Assembly: GCA_025455685.1 (NCBI GenBank)
Contig: JALOMB010000012.1
Coordinates: 1 to 49,156 of the forward strand
DNA from: Chitinophagales bacterium
Lineage (GTDB): Bacteria > Bacteroidota > Bacteroidia > Chitinophagales > JADJOU01
Direction: 5' to 3'
Length of the DNA stretch: 49,156 nt
Part shown: piece by piece, positions 19,011 through 28,777 of the stretch
Layout of the letters: every line of letters begins with the position of its first letter
How positions within the stretch are numbered: the stretch's first letter is position 1
Translations under genes and position numbers: made by a program
Notes under the pieces: model-generated
What the model saw: the letters and a program-made list of their open reading frames with translations, nothing else
Told to the model about the DNA's origin: nothing
Database searches by the model: none

Positions 19011-21052
19011 ATAAAAAGTGGATTTTTCTCGGTGTTCTTGCATTATGCATAATAGGCTATGCCGTGTTTCGATATGTCAAGAAACAAGAAGACATGAAGC
19101 AAGAAGTTATCCAAAAGCAAAAAGCACAGACCGTTTTCGCACCAGTGTTCAAAGTCTTCGACGACAACATTTCAGCAAACCAACATGATACGATTTATGA
19201 TATAGACAAAACTATTCGAGTTATTCATGAAATCGATGAAGCGATTAAAAAAACCGACAACCTAGAAGAATATTTACTCATCGTAGCAAAACAAGATTAT
19301 AGAAACGTCGCCCCTGATGTGTTAGCTGCTCGTAAGAAACTTATGCAAACGGTAATGGAGATTTATGCGAAGCAAAAAAGACTTGAAGAACAACCGGATT
19401 ATTGGGATTTAATCAGGCAATATACTTTAGCTGCCGGTACGAGTATCGATATCAAAGGCCTTGCAAGTCCAATTCCTACTGATATCATCAAGTACAATCC
19501 AGAGACTACTAGAAAAACTTATGAAAAATTTCTAGAATCACAAGAAGTAAGCAAAGAAATCAAGGAAGAAATACTCTCTATGAAGTCGCGACTCCTCAAT
19601 CAACTCTTTGAATATTCAGAAGTGTATTATAAATATTATGATCAATGGGATAAAATCTGTTTGCATAGGGACAAAGCTTATCTCGCAATGAAAAACGCTC
19701 AATTCGACATAGTGGAGCAGGAAGCAGATAAAGCTATTGCCCTTGCCCCTTTTGAACGGGAAGCCCATATTCTAAAGGGCTTGGCAAAAGTAGCTAAGCT
19801 TGCTAAAAACAAAGGAATTGCTTTCGAAGCATCCAATAATCCACAAGAAGTCCTGGCTTTTTTAGATAAATTTATAGATAAAAATCCAGATTATTCAGCA
19901 CCTGCATTGCTTTTGAAAGGTGTATATTATGAGCAATTAGGTCAAATAAACGAAGCAAAAATTGCCTTTGAAGAGTCTGCTGCCTATTTTCCAAAACAAG
20001 CAGACAAGCTTCAAAATAATTTTGACCCCTATAAGATGCGTCCTTATCTTCGTAAATCAAAAGAAGGCAATATTATCACAGAAGCTTATCGTACGACAAT
20101 GCTTGGTGGCGGTTTCTTTACCCCAGACCTTCAGCTCGCCAAACTTCATTATAAATCCAATAATATCGAAGCAGGAAGAGCTAAGGTTTTAGATCATTTC
20201 GCTCGAAGAAGAAATCAATCTCAATGGGATTATATCTTATCAGACATTGCATTCTGTGAGCAAAGCTTTGGTAAAGAATTTCAAAAGATTTTACCAGAGC
20301 AGACTTTTCTCAAATTAGAAGTGGATCCAGCCATAGTTGGTGATAAACTCAATCTTTCGATTGTCAATAGTTCAGGTAGAAGATTAAATAATGTTTCTTT
20401 GATTTTATGTGTTCAGTTTACTGATATGCTTCGAGATGATTATCAAGCCATTAAAGTCAGTAAGACCTTACCAGCGATTTTGCCTCACCAAAGCAATGAT
20501 TTTGGAAAACAAGAAGTCGTTTATGAATTTCAAGATAAGAAAAAAGGCATAGAAGATATTGTCAATGTTAGAGCCATCGTGATAAGCGATGAAGCCGTAT
20601 CTTGGGTAGATACAGAAGAGTTTAAATTCGAAAGAATCAAAAAACAACGTGATGAACTCAAGAAACTCAAGCCTGAAGAGTATTCACAAGTAGCTAAAGA
20701 ATTTGGATTTAATCAAGCACAAATCATAGATTTGCTCAAAAAAAATGCTAAAATAAAAGTTTCTGAATCCAAACTCTCTATCAATGATTTAGTCAGCATA
20801 GAGCTCCCAAAAGAACTCGCTTTTTTAGCGCCTATTTTCAGAATGACCTCAGATGGAGAAGTGATGATAGAACCTAGCAAAAATGCTTTAGATAAGGATG
20901 CCATAGCCCTAGATTTTAAATTCAATAAATTTAACCAGAAAACGGAACAAGGCTATAGTACCAAGATTTATACCAAGTTCGGAGATTTCGATATCCAATG
21001 GGGAAAAGATAAAAACGGTAATTTTTCGATTTCAAATGTAACTTATCAATAA
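19007..21052 (+). CDS. Uncharacterised membrane-anchored protein with TPR-like region
   Basis: N-terminal hydrophobic anchor, TPR-like units (ALLLKGVYYEQLGQINEAKIAFEE), beta-rich C-terminal part. Confidence 0.7.
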   Translation: MNKKWIFLGVLALCIIGYAVFRYVKKQEDMKQEVIQKQKAQTVFAPVFKVFDDNISANQHDTIYDIDKTIRVIHEIDEAIKKTDNLEEYLLIVAKQDYRNVAPDVLAARKKLMQTVMEIYAKQKRLEEQPDYWDLIRQYTLAAGTSIDIKGLASPIPTDIIKYNPETTRKTYEKFLESQEVSKEIKEEILSMKSRLLNQLFEYSEVYYKYYDQWDKICLHRDKAYLAMKNAQFDIVEQEADKAIALAPFEREAHILKGLAKVAKLAKNKGIAFEASNNPQEVLAFLDKFIDKNPDYSAPALLLKGVYYEQLGQINEAKIAFEESAAYFPKQADKLQNNFDPYKMRPYLRKSKEGNIITEAYRTTMLGGGFFTPDLQLAKLHYKSNNIEAGRAKVLDHFARRRNQSQWDYILSDIAFCEQSFGKEFQKILPEQTFLKLEVDPAIVGDKLNLSIVNSSGRRLNNVSLILCVQFTDMLRDDYQAIKVSKTLPAILPHQSNDFGKQEVVYEFQDKKKGIEDIVNVRAIVISDEAVSWVDTEEFKFERIKKQRDELKKLKPEEYSQVAKEFGFNQAQIIDLLKKNAKIKVSESKLSINDLVSIELPKELAFLAPIFRMTSDGEVMIEPSKNALDKDAIALDFKFNKFNQKTEQGYSTKIYTKFGDFDIQWGKDKNGNFSISNVTYQ

Positions 21053-22629
21053 TGAATAGAATTTCAATTTCTTTGCTCTTATGTCTATGGTTTCAAGTTG
21101 TTTTTGGTCAATTTACCAGTGCTATAGAAAACCCTAGTATCCCTATTACTTTTACTGCGCAATGCGATAAATTACTTCTTGCTGAAGCTTTGATGAAAAA
21201 CGAAAAAGGATTATCTATTTCCGCTGTATTTATGCCTTTTTCCCTTAGTCTTCGTGATGCTCAAATCGTGAAAATAAATCCAGACAATAGCCAAATTGTT
21301 CAATTTAAAATTTATTCCCCTGAAGCCAAAGGCTTATCCTTGAAAATGAATAAAAAAAATATCGATTGGGCGAAGATTAGAATCCTAGATAAGGATTACA
21401 CGCAAATCATAGCGCTTGGCAACGAATTTAATTCACAAGATGAAATGGTCTCGTCTATTATAGATCAAGACCAAATTATATTAGAAGCTATTATTCCAGC
21501 CAATAGTCAAAGCGTAGAAATTAATATTACCGGCGCATATCATTTCTTTAAATCTTCACAAGCTGGATTTAATGACTCAGATAACTGTATTATTAATGCG
21601 AATTGCAATGATGCTGATACTTATAGAGATTATATGAATTCGACTGTTCGGATTTTAGTTACAGGTACTAACTTCGCGGGTTGGTGTACCGGTACTTTGA
21701 TTAATAATACAGCAAAGGACCTAAAGCCTTATATTCTCACAGCCAATCATTGTTCTGAAAAAAGCACTTTAAATGATTTGAAGAATTGGAAATTCTATTT
21801 CTTTTATCAACAGCCAGGATGTTTGCGTACCAGTGTAGAGCCGAGTAGTATCGTTTTTAATGGATGTAATGCAAAAGCCTATCCTGACAATGATGTAGGG
21901 GATAATTCTAGCGATTATCTCTTATTAGAGTTATTTAATCCAATTCCTGCATCTTATAACATTAGTTTTCTCGGTTGGAATGCTACTTTGTCTAATTTTA
22001 CGAATACCGCTGTGTTTCATCATCCTAATGGTGATGTCAAAAAGTTTTCTAGAGTTGCTAACACGACACAACTCAATGCTTATGCAAATTCTAGCGTCTC
22101 AAGACATCATACGGTTCGCTACGCCACTACTTCTTTGGGTTATGTATCCTCTACCCAAGTGGGTTCATCTGGAAGTGCTTTGCTAACTACAGATGGCAAA
22201 ATCATCGGTACTTTATCCGGAGGTAATGCTTCCTGTGGCCTAACCAATGGGATAGATATGTATGGAGCGCTTTATTTTGGTTGGGATAAATACAGCACAA
22301 ATCCTTCAAAATGGCTAAAAACATATTTAGATCCTATTAATTCTGGCGCTACAGTTTTTGATAAAATTAGCAATAGTCCTACCGTAAGTATTCAAGATTA
22401 TCAAGCAGAAAATCCGCCATTTTCCTACAAATTGAACCAAGGCCACATGTATCTTAAAAGTATTGCGCAGCCTTTAGTCGTCAAGCATTTTTCTTTGCTC
22501 GGACAGTTGATCAATTCCATGACTATAGCCCCATATGATGAAATAGAAATGCCTATAAAATCAAAGGGCGTATCTATTATCGAAATCTCAACGGATAATC
22601 AAAGAAAAATTATAAAAGTCCAGCAATAA
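21052..22629 (+). CDS. Secreted S1-family serine protease, lysyl endopeptidase-like, with probable T9SS type A C-terminal domain
   Basis: WCTGTLINN, ILTANHC, SDYLLL, HHPNGDVKK, GSSGS. C-terminus FSLLGQLIN...KGVSIIEI...KIIK. Confidence 0.85.
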   Translation: MNRISISLLLCLWFQVVFGQFTSAIENPSIPITFTAQCDKLLLAEALMKNEKGLSISAVFMPFSLSLRDAQIVKINPDNSQIVQFKIYSPEAKGLSLKMNKKNIDWAKIRILDKDYTQIIALGNEFNSQDEMVSSIIDQDQIILEAIIPANSQSVEINITGAYHFFKSSQAGFNDSDNCIINANCNDADTYRDYMNSTVRILVTGTNFAGWCTGTLINNTAKDLKPYILTANHCSEKSTLNDLKNWKFYFFYQQPGCLRTSVEPSSIVFNGCNAKAYPDNDVGDNSSDYLLLELFNPIPASYNISFLGWNATLSNFTNTAVFHHPNGDVKKFSRVANTTQLNAYANSSVSRHHTVRYATTSLGYVSSTQVGSSGSALLTTDGKIIGTLSGGNASCGLTNGIDMYGALYFGWDKYSTNPSKWLKTYLDPINSGATVFDKISNSPTVSIQDYQAENPPFSYKLNQGHMYLKSIAQPLVVKHFSLLGQLINSMTIAPYDEIEMPIKSKGVSIIEISTDNQRKIIKVQQ

Positions 22630-22632
22630 TTT

Positions 22633-23343
22633 ATGTCACAGTCAAAAGTTTGGTTGATTCCTACTCCGATAAGCGATACCGCTTACTCCCAAACTACAGA
22701 TACTAGATTTAATATCAATGAATTAAACTTTTTCGTAGTAGAAAACCTACGAGAAGCTCGAAGAAATTTAAGAAAAATGAAGTATTCCCTTGATTTCGAT
22801 AAGGAAGTCGAGTTTCTTGAAATGAATTTTCACCAAAAAGATTCAGAAAATAAAAGCATTTATTTACAGTGGCTTCAAAAAGATGTCCAAATAGGCATTA
22901 TGAGTGATGCAGGTATTCCTGCTATAGCGGATCCAGGTCAGAAGTATGTAGCTTGGGCTCATGACTATCAGGCCGAAGTAATTCCCTTAGTTGGCGCTAA
23001 TAGTATGATGATGGCACTTGCTGCGAGTGGACTTAATGGACAGCGATTTACCTTTTGGGGTTATTTGCCAATAAAAGAAGATGCGCGCAATATTGCGTTC
23101 AAAAAAGCCTTGACCTTGAGTCAATCCTCCTATCATACCCAGATTTTCATAGAAACACCCTATCGCAACAAAGCATTCTTTGACTATTGTTTGAAACAGC
23201 TACCTAATTCTGCTCAACTCTGTGTCGCAATCGATATTTTAGGCGAAAATCAGCGAATTCAAACGCAAACTATAGAATATTGGAAAAAAATGCCATTTGC
23301 ATTTATCAAAAAACCATGTGTCTTTTTATTTACCCTATCATGA
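22633..23343 (+). CDS. Tetrapyrrole-methylase family SAM-dependent methyltransferase (RsmI-like)
   Basis: LIPTPI, MSDAGIPAIADPG, SGLNGQRFTFWGYLP, FIETPYRN. Confidence 0.88.
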   Translation: MSQSKVWLIPTPISDTAYSQTTDTRFNINELNFFVVENLREARRNLRKMKYSLDFDKEVEFLEMNFHQKDSENKSIYLQWLQKDVQIGIMSDAGIPAIADPGQKYVAWAHDYQAEVIPLVGANSMMMALAASGLNGQRFTFWGYLPIKEDARNIAFKKALTLSQSSYHTQIFIETPYRNKAFFDYCLKQLPNSAQLCVAIDILGENQRIQTQTIEYWKKMPFAFIKKPCVFLFTLS

Positions 23344-23684
23344 TTCCTTCTTTACTCGAAAAAGCTCGTTTCTTACAAGACCAAAGCAAAAAAGATTTTG
23401 GGTTGCTTAAGAAATGGACCAATCAAGACATTGCGGATTTCCCGGAATTCAGACTTCATATTCAATCACTTATAGCCGGTAGAATTAAAATCATGCTTAG
23501 AGATGATTTCAATGGGTTAGTTCATTTTCTCTATCGGTTAGATATTAACGAAAATTCAGTTAGGTCTTGCTTTGATGCTGAGGATAATGAGGTGTCTGAA
23601 AAAATAGCGGAACTTTATATCGAACGAATACTAAAAAAATATCTTACTAGAAAACTATTTGCATCAGATGATTCAGAAGATTAG
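23340..23684 (+). CDS. Hypothetical protein (probable start 23340)
   Basis: ATGA overlap with the upstream stop. DDFNGLVHFLYRLDINE resembles a conserved Bacteroidota hypothetical family. Confidence 0.65.
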   Translation: MIPSLLEKARFLQDQSKKDFGLLKKWTNQDIADFPEFRLHIQSLIAGRIKIMLRDDFNGLVHFLYRLDINENSVRSCFDAEDNEVSEKIAELYIERILKKYLTRKLFASDDSED

Positions 23685-24582
23685 TTTTTATGTATTTTTT
23701 CTTTTTCTTCCTGCATTTGTATTAGCGCAACATCAGGAGTTAGATAGTTTTCAACCTAAGAAATTCACACAAATAACGCTGGCCTTCACCTCAGGTTTTG
23801 CATTGACACAGACAGCACTTTATTTTGCGTGGTATCAAAGCTATCCTCAGCAAGGGTTTCATTTTCGGGATGATTTACATCAATGGAATGGTTCAGATAA
23901 AATGGGACATGCTTTCTCTGCATATGCTCTGAGTGACATGCTATATAATGGTTTGCGATATACTGGTGTTCAAAAAAAGAAGTCAGCTATTTTTGGAAGT
24001 CTTACTGGATTTATGGCCGTTAATTCAATTGAAATAATGGATGGATTTAGCGCACAATGGGGAGCTTCGATGAGTGATGTAGCCGCCAATGCATTAGGCA
24101 GTGGCTTTTTTCTTGCGCAGCAGTTGCTCTTTGACAAACAAATAGTAATGCTGAAATTTGGCTTTAGACCTAGAGCAATCTCAGACCCAATTCTTCAAGC
24201 CCGTAGCAATGAGCTATTCGGTTCTTTTCCTGCTCATATTATAAAAGATTATAACGCATCATCGATTTGGGCTTGTCTTCATCTTCATCAATTTCGTCCT
24301 CAAAGTAAATTTGGATTCCTTGGTCTTGCCTTAGGTATCGGTAGTCAAAATCTCTATGGTGCAGAAGACAATAAATTTAAACTCAATGGCATTGAATATG
24401 ATTATAGTTCAATTCCAAGGGTACACGAATATATGCTTGGATTAGATATAGATTGGACTAAAATACCCGCTAAGAAGCCTTGGTTGAAAACCACCTTCAA
24501 AGTCTTAAACTATATACGAATCCCTTTGCCTGCTTTACAAATGAATAGTCAAGGTGAATTCTCGGCATGGCTCTTGAGATAG
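23659..24582 (+). CDS. DUF2279/YfiM-like membrane protein
   Basis: AWY...FHFRDD..QW...DKMGH, IEIMDGFSAQWGASMSD..AN, KDYN. Confidence 0.8.
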   Translation: MHQMIQKISFYVFFLFLPAFVLAQHQELDSFQPKKFTQITLAFTSGFALTQTALYFAWYQSYPQQGFHFRDDLHQWNGSDKMGHAFSAYALSDMLYNGLRYTGVQKKKSAIFGSLTGFMAVNSIEIMDGFSAQWGASMSDVAANALGSGFFLAQQLLFDKQIVMLKFGFRPRAISDPILQARSNELFGSFPAHIIKDYNASSIWACLHLHQFRPQSKFGFLGLALGIGSQNLYGAEDNKFKLNGIEYDYSSIPRVHEYMLGLDIDWTKIPAKKPWLKTTFKVLNYIRIPLPALQMNSQGEFSAWLLR

Positions 24583-24805
24583 TTTTTTTAATTCAAATTT
24601 TAGTATAAATTCTTTTCAATTTTTCGCCATATGTTGATAATATGTAAGCTATTTATAATTACCCTAATTTTAATTATTTTATTGGATGTTTATTCGCAAG
24701 ATCATGCTTCATGTTTTGTTGCACTACGGTAAAATTAAATTTAGTTAACTCCTTAAATAATATTATGTTTATCCCAAGAAAATGAAACTTCGAGTATTTA
24801 GATTA

Positions 24806-25458
24806 ATACAAAAAAATCAGAAAAAACTATTCTAACGGAACTAAAAGATCATATCCGCTACATTACAATTAATCGAGAATCAAAATATATTGCTTTGAAC
24901 AAAGAAGACTTCGACCAAATCGACGAAGCCCTCAAACTATCACGCAGAAGTCCTAATGTTTTATTTAGAATATAAAATTGTTTTAAACCCATTATCGCTG
25001 CTGTCTATGGCTTTGCGTTCTGAGGTAGTTTGGAATTAGCGATGGCTTGTAATTTTAGAATTGCTAGTGAAAATGCTAGCTTTGGGCAGCCATATGTCAA
25101 TCAAGGGTTAATTCGTGGATATTGAGGCACGCAACAATAAGTGCAGCTTAACGGCAAAGGCAAAGCTATGGAATTGCTGATAGCAGCGGAAAGTATTAAA
25201 GCTGACGAGGATTTGAGATTAGCACTAGTCAATCATGTCGTAACTTCCGAAGCACTTATCCCAAAGCAGTTTAATTGCTCCTGAAAATCAATACTAAAGC
25301 ACCTTTAGCTGTTGGGTAAACCATAATGCAGTTAATTCCTATTTCAACGATGGCCTTTGGGCTATATCATTGAAAATATATTTTTTGAAACAGAAGATTT
25401 CAAATTAGGCGTCGATGCTTTTTTAAACAAACGAAAAGCAGCGTTTCAATCTAAATAA
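24806..25458 (+). pseudogene. Enoyl-CoA hydratase/isomerase (crotonase) pseudogene
   Basis: Translates to YITINRESK..ALN...KPIIAAVYGFAF*GSLELAMACNFRIASENASFGQP...GY*GTQ...GKGKAMEL...LVNHVV...EDFKLGVDAFLNKRKAAF. Stops at 24973, 25021, 25123 and 25138, with later frameshifts. 5' boundary approximate. Confidence 0.9.
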
Positions 25459-25707
25459 TTTTTATTTAATTTGATTCAAATAGTCTATCGCTACCTAAGC
25501 AATTGAAAATAAAAATTCTTTGGTAAAGATATTAAATTCCTAATTTTTCTTAAATTTCAATATATTGATTAACTCAAAAAAGAATATGTCTCATTTTTGT
25601 TTGCAGTTATCCACATTGAAAAATACCAAATAACAAGTTTTTTGGCATATTTTGATGCACTAACTAACAAATTAACAACATTTAACGCTTTGTTGTTCTT
25701 TTTCCAT

Positions 25708-25715
25708 TAAATTTG
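25708..25715 (+). promoter_or_regulatory. -7 promoter element (TAAATTTG)
   Basis: TAnnTTTG followed by C, 30 nt upstream of the beta-barrel gene. Confidence 0.55.
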
Positions 25716-25745
25716 CTTTTGTAAACCATTTAAACTTTTTATTTT

Positions 25746-26303
25746 ATGAAAAAATTAATTCTTTTATTTGCAATGTCAGCAATGACTTTAGGTGCTATGG
25801 CACAAAAAAACACAATTTTCGTCAGTGGAAACTATGGATTTAGCTCTACTACTTCTGAGCCATCAGCAGGCGGCACTTCTAATACTTCTACTTCATACAC
25901 TTTTGCGCCAAAAATCGGTTATCACTTTTCAGATAATCAAGCGGTAGGCGTAATGTTCGGTTTAACTGGAGGTGAATCAGGTGGTGTATCAACTACCTCT
26001 ACAGTTTTTGGTGCTTTTTATCGTCATATTTTCCCTTTAGGCGATATTTTCGCACTATATGGCGATGCAGGCGTTTCTTATGCTGATGCACAAAAAGAAA
26101 TCAATGTCAACATCAAACCAGGTGTCATGGCTAGATTAGGCAAAGGATGGGCATTGACTTCTGAATTTGCTACTTTAGGATATAGAAGTAAGGATAATGG
26201 ATCAACAAAAACTTCCGAATTTGGGTTAGATGTAATGGGAAGTAATGGAGGTTTTACCTTCGGAATCCAAAAAAGCTTTGGCCTAAGTGGTGTTAAAAAA
26301 TAA
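25746..26303 (+). CDS. Small outer-membrane beta-barrel protein
   Basis: Signal peptide (AMA-Q) and amphipathic strands such as FAPKIGYHFSDNQAVG and FGAFYRH. Confidence 0.82.
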   Translation: MKKLILLFAMSAMTLGAMAQKNTIFVSGNYGFSSTTSEPSAGGTSNTSTSYTFAPKIGYHFSDNQAVGVMFGLTGGESGGVSTTSTVFGAFYRHIFPLGDIFALYGDAGVSYADAQKEINVNIKPGVMARLGKGWALTSEFATLGYRSKDNGSTKTSEFGLDVMGSNGGFTFGIQKSFGLSGVKK

Positions 26304-26338
26304 GTATTTATTCTGCTTAATACTCAAAAATTAAATTT

Positions 26339-26365
26339 AAGCCCATCTTCGGATGGGCTTTTTTT
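26339..26365 (+). terminator. Intrinsic terminator with cUUCGg tetraloop
   Basis: AAGCCCATC-TTCG-GATGGGCTT plus T run, between convergent genes. Confidence 0.9.
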
Positions 26366-26828
26366 ATAAATATACCTTAGTTGATGGCATATCTAGACTC
26401 GGTTTATCAAATCTAATCTGATGTCTCGACAAATACTCGATGACCTTATCCCGAAGAATTCCTTGTCCTCTGCCATAGATGATTTCTATTTGTTTACTTG
26501 AAACCTTACGAAGTCTTTGGATTTCTTGATGCAAAAAATTTAGTTGATTTTCTAATACATGAACACTCGTTTTATACGTTTTAGGGATTTTTTCATCATG
26601 TAAATCAATTTGGACCCAGGTTACAGGCAATTTTGATACGGCAATGTCTTTGTAAATGATAGGAGTATCTATGTCAGAGACTTTAACTAATTTTGCTAAA
26701 GAAAATTCATGTTCAAATCCATCAGTGCATAGGATACATGCTTTATAGCTCGATACCGAGATTACTTGACCACATAAATCTTCATCGATATGCGATACGA
26801 TATCACCAACAGAGATAGATGAATGCAC
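26364..26828 (-). CDS. Smr/MutS2-domain protein
   Basis: N-terminal VGDIVSHIDEDLCGQV...DGFE, then IDLH and IIYGRGQGILR Smr-like motifs. Confidence 0.75.
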   Translation of the reverse strand: MHSSISVGDIVSHIDEDLCGQVISVSSYKACILCTDGFEHEFSLAKLVKVSDIDTPIIYKDIAVSKLPVTWVQIDLHDEKIPKTYKTSVHVLENQLNFLHQEIQRLRKVSSKQIEIIYGRGQGILRDKVIEYLSRHQIRFDKPSLDMPSTKVYL

Positions 26829-26833
26829 TTATT

Positions 26834-27205
26834 CTATCTTTTTCGAAGCTCCTCCAAGATGTCTTTTAATAAAGCATCTGTGGAACTTATTTCAGGTGCC
26901 GCTTCAGGTGCCGCTTCTTCTTTTTTAGAAGCATTTATGGCTTTGACCACTAAAAACAAGAATAAAGCCACCAAAATAAATTTAATAAACGCGGCTATAA
27001 TTAAGCCATATTTAAATTCAGTACCTTGAAATACATAAATCATTTTTTCAAGACTTTCGGCACCCCAGAGCATTCCGATAAAAGGCATAAATAAATTGTC
27101 GATTATAGCTGTGACGATACTATTGAAAGTACCGCCGATGATGGTAGCGATAGCTAAATCGATGACATTTCCTCGTAAGGCAAATTCTTTGAATTCTTTG
27201 AACAT
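26834..27205 (-). CDS. mscL: Large-conductance mechanosensitive channel
   Basis: MFKEFKEFALRGNVIDLAIA...LLKDILEEL. Confidence 0.96.
   Translation of the reverse strand: MFKEFKEFALRGNVIDLAIATIIGGTFNSIVTAIIDNLFMPFIGMLWGAESLEKMIYVFQGTEFKYGLIIAAFIKFILVALFLFLVVKAINASKKEEAAPEAAPEISSTDALLKDILEELRKR
26891..26917. repeat. 12-bp tandem duplication inside mscL (EAAP twice)
   Basis: TTCAGGTGCCGC TTCAGGTGCCGC TTC. Confidence 0.8.
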
Positions 27206-27231
27206 ATTTTTTTAGTTTTAATGATAAAATA

Positions 27232-28692
27232 TTATTTACCTGATAATAGAAATTTCTCAAAATTATCTAAGAAATCAACCATTTGGTCAGGGGAGAGTTT
27301 TTTAGCGATTATTTTATTTTTTTCGTCTAGAATATAATATTCTGGTGTAGACTTGATGTGATAGAGTAGGACGAAAAGAGGATTCATTTTGAACTCAGGG
27401 TCAGCATAATTTTTAAATTTAAGTTTATTGTCTCTAATGAATTTTTTCCAAAGATCGATTTGATTGTCTTTTTTGACTATCGTAGATACAGGGAAAACCT
27501 CTGCGCCACGCTTCTTTAGCTCAGGATATAAAGAATCTAAAACAGGTATTTCTTTTTTACAGTGACCACATTCAGGATTCCAGAAAACGAGAATTTTGTA
27601 TTTAGACTTGACACCATAGAGACTTGATTTGTTTTTTACATCTAGGGTTGTATCTAAGACTTCGAAATTTGGGGCGTATTTGCCAATGAGTAAGGGCTCT
27701 AAATCACTAGCATCTTCTATGATTTTTTTGATATTGGCACTGTCACTCCATTTTGCTAAGCCCGTTTTGTAATATTTATTCACGATATGCACATATATAG
27801 CGTCTTGACCCATGATTTTAGAATTGGCAAATTTATTGAGTAGGGTCGGAAGACAATATTTAAACATATCTGAATTATAGTTTGGAATTTTCCCCAAAAC
27901 TCTATCTATTTCACGGATAAGAGAGTCAGGATGCTTGACTGATACATTTTCAAAGAAATTATTAAATTTACTCTCAAAAATAGGTGTAAACAAAAGTCTA
28001 TCGTCAGAGAAATCAATATTGTCCCAATAGTGATCTTTGAAATAATAATATTTTTGTTCGTTGCGTTTTTGTTCCTCTAAGATTTCAAAATAATTTGGTA
28101 CATCGATTTCCATCATCATTTTGATGAGTTTAGCATAAAAAGTATTTGGATTCTTTGAGATAAATTCTTTTCGCTTATCCAACATTTTCTTTTCTTCTAC
28201 TCTGATAGATTCTAGTGTATTATTTTTCTTCAAGCTATCTGTTTCATTTTTATATTGAGTAGATAGCTCGTTTAGCCTTTTATAAATTGGCTCAAGGGAT
28301 TTAATTTCACCAAAAAACAAATCATTTTCCTTAGAATTTATTGCCTTAGAAATTTGCGGATTCTCCACATTTACTTGGATTTCCAAATTTGGCTCATCAT
28401 TAGAATACAGAAAGTCTAAGGTTTTTTGTTTCGAAGGGAAATAGAGCATATATACGCCTCCTTTTAGAGGTTTATCGGATTTTTCTTTATAGATATACTC
28501 ACCCTTAGCGTCTAAATTAAATGAGTCAATTTTATAACGACTATCGCCGAAATAATTTGCAATGATACAAGGTTCCTGGGCATATTCTTTGGCAATAATT
28601 TTAATCGTTTTATTTTGCGAAGTAGTTTTCTTCTGAGCATTTAGACTAAAGTTACACACGACAATTGATAAAATTAAGCATATTGTTCTCAT
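27232..28692 (-). CDS. Exported TlpA/AhpC-like redoxin-domain protein (DUF5106-like middle region)
   Basis: Signal peptide, HYWDNIDFSDDRLL, FWNPECGHCKKEIP. Confidence 0.85.
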   Translation of the reverse strand: MRTICLILSIVVCNFSLNAQKKTTSQNKTIKIIAKEYAQEPCIIANYFGDSRYKIDSFNLDAKGEYIYKEKSDKPLKGGVYMLYFPSKQKTLDFLYSNDEPNLEIQVNVENPQISKAINSKENDLFFGEIKSLEPIYKRLNELSTQYKNETDSLKKNNTLESIRVEEKKMLDKRKEFISKNPNTFYAKLIKMMMEIDVPNYFEILEEQKRNEQKYYYFKDHYWDNIDFSDDRLLFTPIFESKFNNFFENVSVKHPDSLIREIDRVLGKIPNYNSDMFKYCLPTLLNKFANSKIMGQDAIYVHIVNKYYKTGLAKWSDSANIKKIIEDASDLEPLLIGKYAPNFEVLDTTLDVKNKSSLYGVKSKYKILVFWNPECGHCKKEIPVLDSLYPELKKRGAEVFPVSTIVKKDNQIDLWKKFIRDNKLKFKNYADPEFKMNPLFVLLYHIKSTPEYYILDEKNKIIAKKLSPDQMVDFLDNFEKFLLSGK

Positions 28693-28777
28693 GGGTTGAT
28701 ATTTTTTTTATTGGATTTCAGAAGGTAAAATTAGTTTAATTATTACAAATTGCCTCTTAAAAATATCAAAAATCTTT

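Noticed and set aside
25021-25125. Two TGA codons at conserved Gly positions, suggesting UGA=Gly recoding
   Set aside because: The same frame has TAA stops and frameshifts, GGA to TGA is a single change, and TGA ends normal genes elsewhere in the window
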